NCBI RefSeq assembly: GCF_000315625.1
Contig: NW_005434587.1
Span: 186,001 to 250,000 of the forward strand
DNA from: Guillardia theta CCMP2712
Taxonomy: Eukaryota; Protista; Cryptophyta
Direction: 5' to 3'
DNA: 64,000 bases
Part shown: piece after piece, positions 60,750 through 64,000 of the stretch
Numbering within the stretch: the stretch's first letter is position 1
Layout of the letters: every line of letters starts with the position of its first letter
Program-made: the position numbers and the translations under genes
Notes under the pieces: model-generated
Database searches by the model: none
What the model was told of the DNA's origin: nothing
What the model saw: only the letters and a program-made list of their open reading frames with translations

Positions 60750-63700
60750 ATCCTCCCTTGTCCTTTCTGCATTTTCTTGAGGATGTGTGTCAAATTATCT
60801 GTTTCCCAGTCAATGTCAACATGTCACCAGCTCACTCCTTCAGTACAGCCACCTGAATCAGTTGCATGCCGAACAGTTTTTGATCCCCATCAAGTTGACG
60901 TGTCTGCAGGGGAGAAGGTCATGGGCACAAGATGTGCAGAATGACATGAGAGAAAGTTCAAGGACTTGTGTTGCTCCTTCACTTCCGATACGAGCTTGCA
61001 AGCTCGTGACAGTCGCTTGCTTCTTCCTTGTATGCTTCCCCGCGCGAGTAGAGGTATGTCGCTTGCTCTAAGATCCTTGAAGATTCAGATTGAAACATCC
61101 TGCACTGCATATTTGTGGAAATTTACTCAAAACTCATGGTTTGGCAGTTGCTTGTTCTCAAGCAAAGCAACGTGTATAAGCCCTCACTGACGATTTCGCA
61201 ATTCGAAAGCAAGGTTAGTGTGACGTCTTCCATGGAGTAGCTGGTATATCAACCTGACGTTGATGTTTGCAAGTGCACGGCAGGATCTCTTGTCAAACGC
61301 GATGGTGTAGACCAGCTGCAAAGATTACGTGGCGGTGGATCTTCGGCAATCTGTTTCATGCTCTCTTGACGGAAATTGCTAGGAAACGGGGCAAAGCCAG
61401 ACACAAAACACGCGATCATTGTGGGGAGTGTATGCGCCTTGATCTTGATTCTGAACGAGTTCAACGTGGTGAGTCTGAGAAGAGGATGTAAAGTAGAAAA
61501 TCAGTTGGAGAGAGATACATGAACTCATTGCGAGATTAGAGCTCGAATTGTTTCATAGTTTCTGAATCCAGTCTTTTCGCTTGATTCGTCGTCGTCAACG
61601 TGCGCCAGCTCTCTGCTATCGTTCGAGTCTCGCTCACTTTGCTCCTCTCCCTGACGTTCCTGCTGGTCAAACTCGACTGTGGCGGTTCACATCCGATCCG
61701 ACTGACCCTTTGGCAGGCGGGTATCAACAAGACAAACCCGACATTTCACAAGCCCACGCATCTGTTCTTGGCAAACATGTGTGTTGATTTTATCGTGTCT
61801 TATTCCTTTGTTGAAATTGCCTGTCAAGGTTTCCGGACATCTGCAACAAAGTCTGGAAGCCGATATGTGAGAGATGCGAGACGTGCCCTGTCTTGTCGTT
61901 CTAAATGTCCTCGTGACTTCTAGTTGAGAAAGCCTTGACATCAACATGTCGCTTCTGCTGTAAATATTTTTCATTTCTCAAGAACACTTGTGGGCAACGC
62001 GACGATGGATCGTTCACGTATCCTCCTGCTCAAGGGAGCTGGGAAGCTAACGGGTTTGCCAGGTTGCCCAAGTCCATCTCTGCCATGGTTACCCCAGCCT
62101 CCTTCATGCACTCCAGTACGACCGCGGAAGCTGCTGACAAGTCTCTCAACGTGTCGCAGTTGGTCAAGTGGAGGTTTCCTGCGCCATGCTGATGCTCATC
62201 TCGCTTGCGGGCACGGGGTCGAGGGGGCATCGCGTCCCTCTCGCTGAGCTCAGTGAGTTATGAGCTCGTGGGCTGCTGGGACTGACAAGGTGGCAGGCAA
62301 CGTCGTGCTCTTCTTCTTGATGGTCGGCGCTACTTACAGTCACCTCGTGAGGAGGCCCTGGCATGTCGCGCTTGTCTCACCCTCCTCCTCCCCAGGTGCT
62401 CATGGACGGACGGTGGATTCCCTCGGCAGTGTTGGGTATGCGAGGAAGCTTCTCGTGTGAGCGCTTGTGATCGCATTGCAGGTCTCCTGCTCTTTGTGAG
62501 ATTCATCACTCCCGCACCCTCGAGGAAGGGGAAGGTGCGTCGTTGTGCGCATTCAGGAGAGATCATGACGATGTTGATGTCAGTCGGGCAAGGGAAAGAA
62601 GCAGGACAAGTGAGTGAAACAGTTGCTCCAACCTAAAGGTCACCAGATACAACATGAGATAATCTACAACGAGATGAGAACCCTGGCCTTTGGATTGAGG
62701 GTCACCCGAGGCCCGCGCGGCGTGTAAGCTCTAGGAGACAGGAGCGTGCTCGAGCTGCTGCTGCGTGTCTGCATTGAGTTGCTCGTCTCCTGAACATCTC
62801 TTCAAACATGTTAATAAACAAAATGTTTCATCTCACCTCGTTGAAGTCGCTCAAGTGCCTGGCTGCAGACTCCCTGTCTACATCAGCAGCCCAGGCCCCG
62901 GGCAAGACGTCCCCGTCAGAAGTCACGGGCCACGAGCCGTCAGAGACCGGGGGGTCCAACAGGCCCATCAGGAGCTTCTTGGAGTTGGAGAAGGCGGTGA
63001 AAGAAGAGTCTTCGTGGATAATTCGCTGCGGAGGGACCGGAAGGATTTTCGCCTCTGCCACGTCTGCCACTTCATGTTACAAGGTCGGCTCAGGATTTTC
63101 TCTTGCTCACTCTGGTATAACCCGTTGCTCGTCGTTGCCGTCAGCCAGTTTTGAGCCTTGTCGAATCTCATCTTGTACGCTTGCAGCTCGTCCTCAAGAT
63201 CCTCAATGCGGCGCAAGTAGAGCTCGCGCTGCTTCTCATGCATGTGAACACTCTCCTCCAGCTCCATCAGGCGTTTGTCTGCTGCTTGCGAAAATTTCCA
63301 AAAAGACTTGGAAGGCGAGACAGTAGCAAACACAGGGAGCAGATGCCTGGGAGTGGAATGAGTCACGGGAGCTTCGTTCTGCAGGAAAGTTAATAGATGC
63401 AGTCATGTCGTCGTCGTGACCTCGTCGACTTCTATCGAATGGATGGTCTCCGTGAAGTGATCAGTGTCATCGAAGCAACTCTCAACCTGCTCATGATCAG
63501 GCAGCGACCGGCCTAGTGACCTTCTTGCACCTGCACACCCACGTGCTTCTGCCCGACGGACATTCTGGGACGACGATGAGCCAGCATGTCAGCTGCCAAC
63601 TAAATCAGCTTGTCTGGTCTTGGAATAACCAGCTCCAACCTGGAGCAGGAGCCATGGCAGAGCGAGAGTCACTCTTGGTCAGAGCTGGCAACTGCGACTT

Positions 63701-64000
63701 CTCTCCCTGTTGCTCATGTTGAGGTTTGAATTCTGAAGTTTGTTGTTCTCCATTACGCACAGTCTTCAACAATCTGATCGCTACATGAGACGAGGAGAGA
63801 GAGCAAGGCCCGGCTGTCATGATACACCTGAAAATCTCGTCCAAGATCTCGATAGGCGCGGCGTCTGCACCGCAGTAAAGAATCTTCTGCAAGCGGTGAA
63901 GTCGGTCAAAGACAACCTGCAAGAACCGTCAGTCCAATGTAACTCCCCGACTCTTCTCACCTCGAGCGCGCGATGCCGTTGGTTCTCGTCGTCATTCGTT
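60750..64000 (-). CDS. Multi-exon hypothetical coiled-coil protein (5' end beyond window; may be more than one gene)
   Basis: Exons such as AADKRLMELEESVHMHEKQRELYLRRIEDLEDELQAYK and FDRLHRLQKILYCG, with GT-AG boundaries. Confidence 0.45.

Overview
Eukaryotic nuclear DNA. It is gene-dense, with many short (about 45-60 nt) GT-AG introns, GA/CT-microsatellite-filled introns, and several genes whose bipartite leaders (signal peptide, then a transit peptide starting with Phe) suit a complex red-derived plastid. This looks like a cryptophyte such as Guillardia, which is an inference. About 21 protein-coding loci can be supported: an NPHP3-like STAND NTPase-TPR-C2-ankyrin giant (5'-truncated), a repetitive membrane-anchored polyprotein, a 33-aa micropeptide, TPR and ankyrin proteins, a plastid-targeted hypothetical, ArfGAP, an anchored coiled-coil proprotein, a PaO-like Rieske oxygenase, a DnaJ zinc-finger/C-terminal protein with no visible J domain, a PHT4/SLC17 MFS transporter, a patatin, a degenerate 6-phosphogluconolactonase apparently fused to a beta-helix, a PrsW-family protease, a plastid RRM protein, a Tudor-like/2xHMG protein, a PRELI protein and several hypotheticals. 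The most striking signal is 6037-8190. Hand-spliced, it is a 9-exon, ~480-aa type II membrane precursor cut into peptide modules by eight K-x-x-[VT]-Q-[MK]-L motifs, including five near-identical 42-aa cores. Similar motifs occur in an unrelated coiled-coil proprotein at 20878-22339, which suggests a shared and possibly undescribed processing system. No rRNA, tRNA, CRISPR or transposase was recognised. All exon structures were deduced by eye, and many gene ends are approximate.
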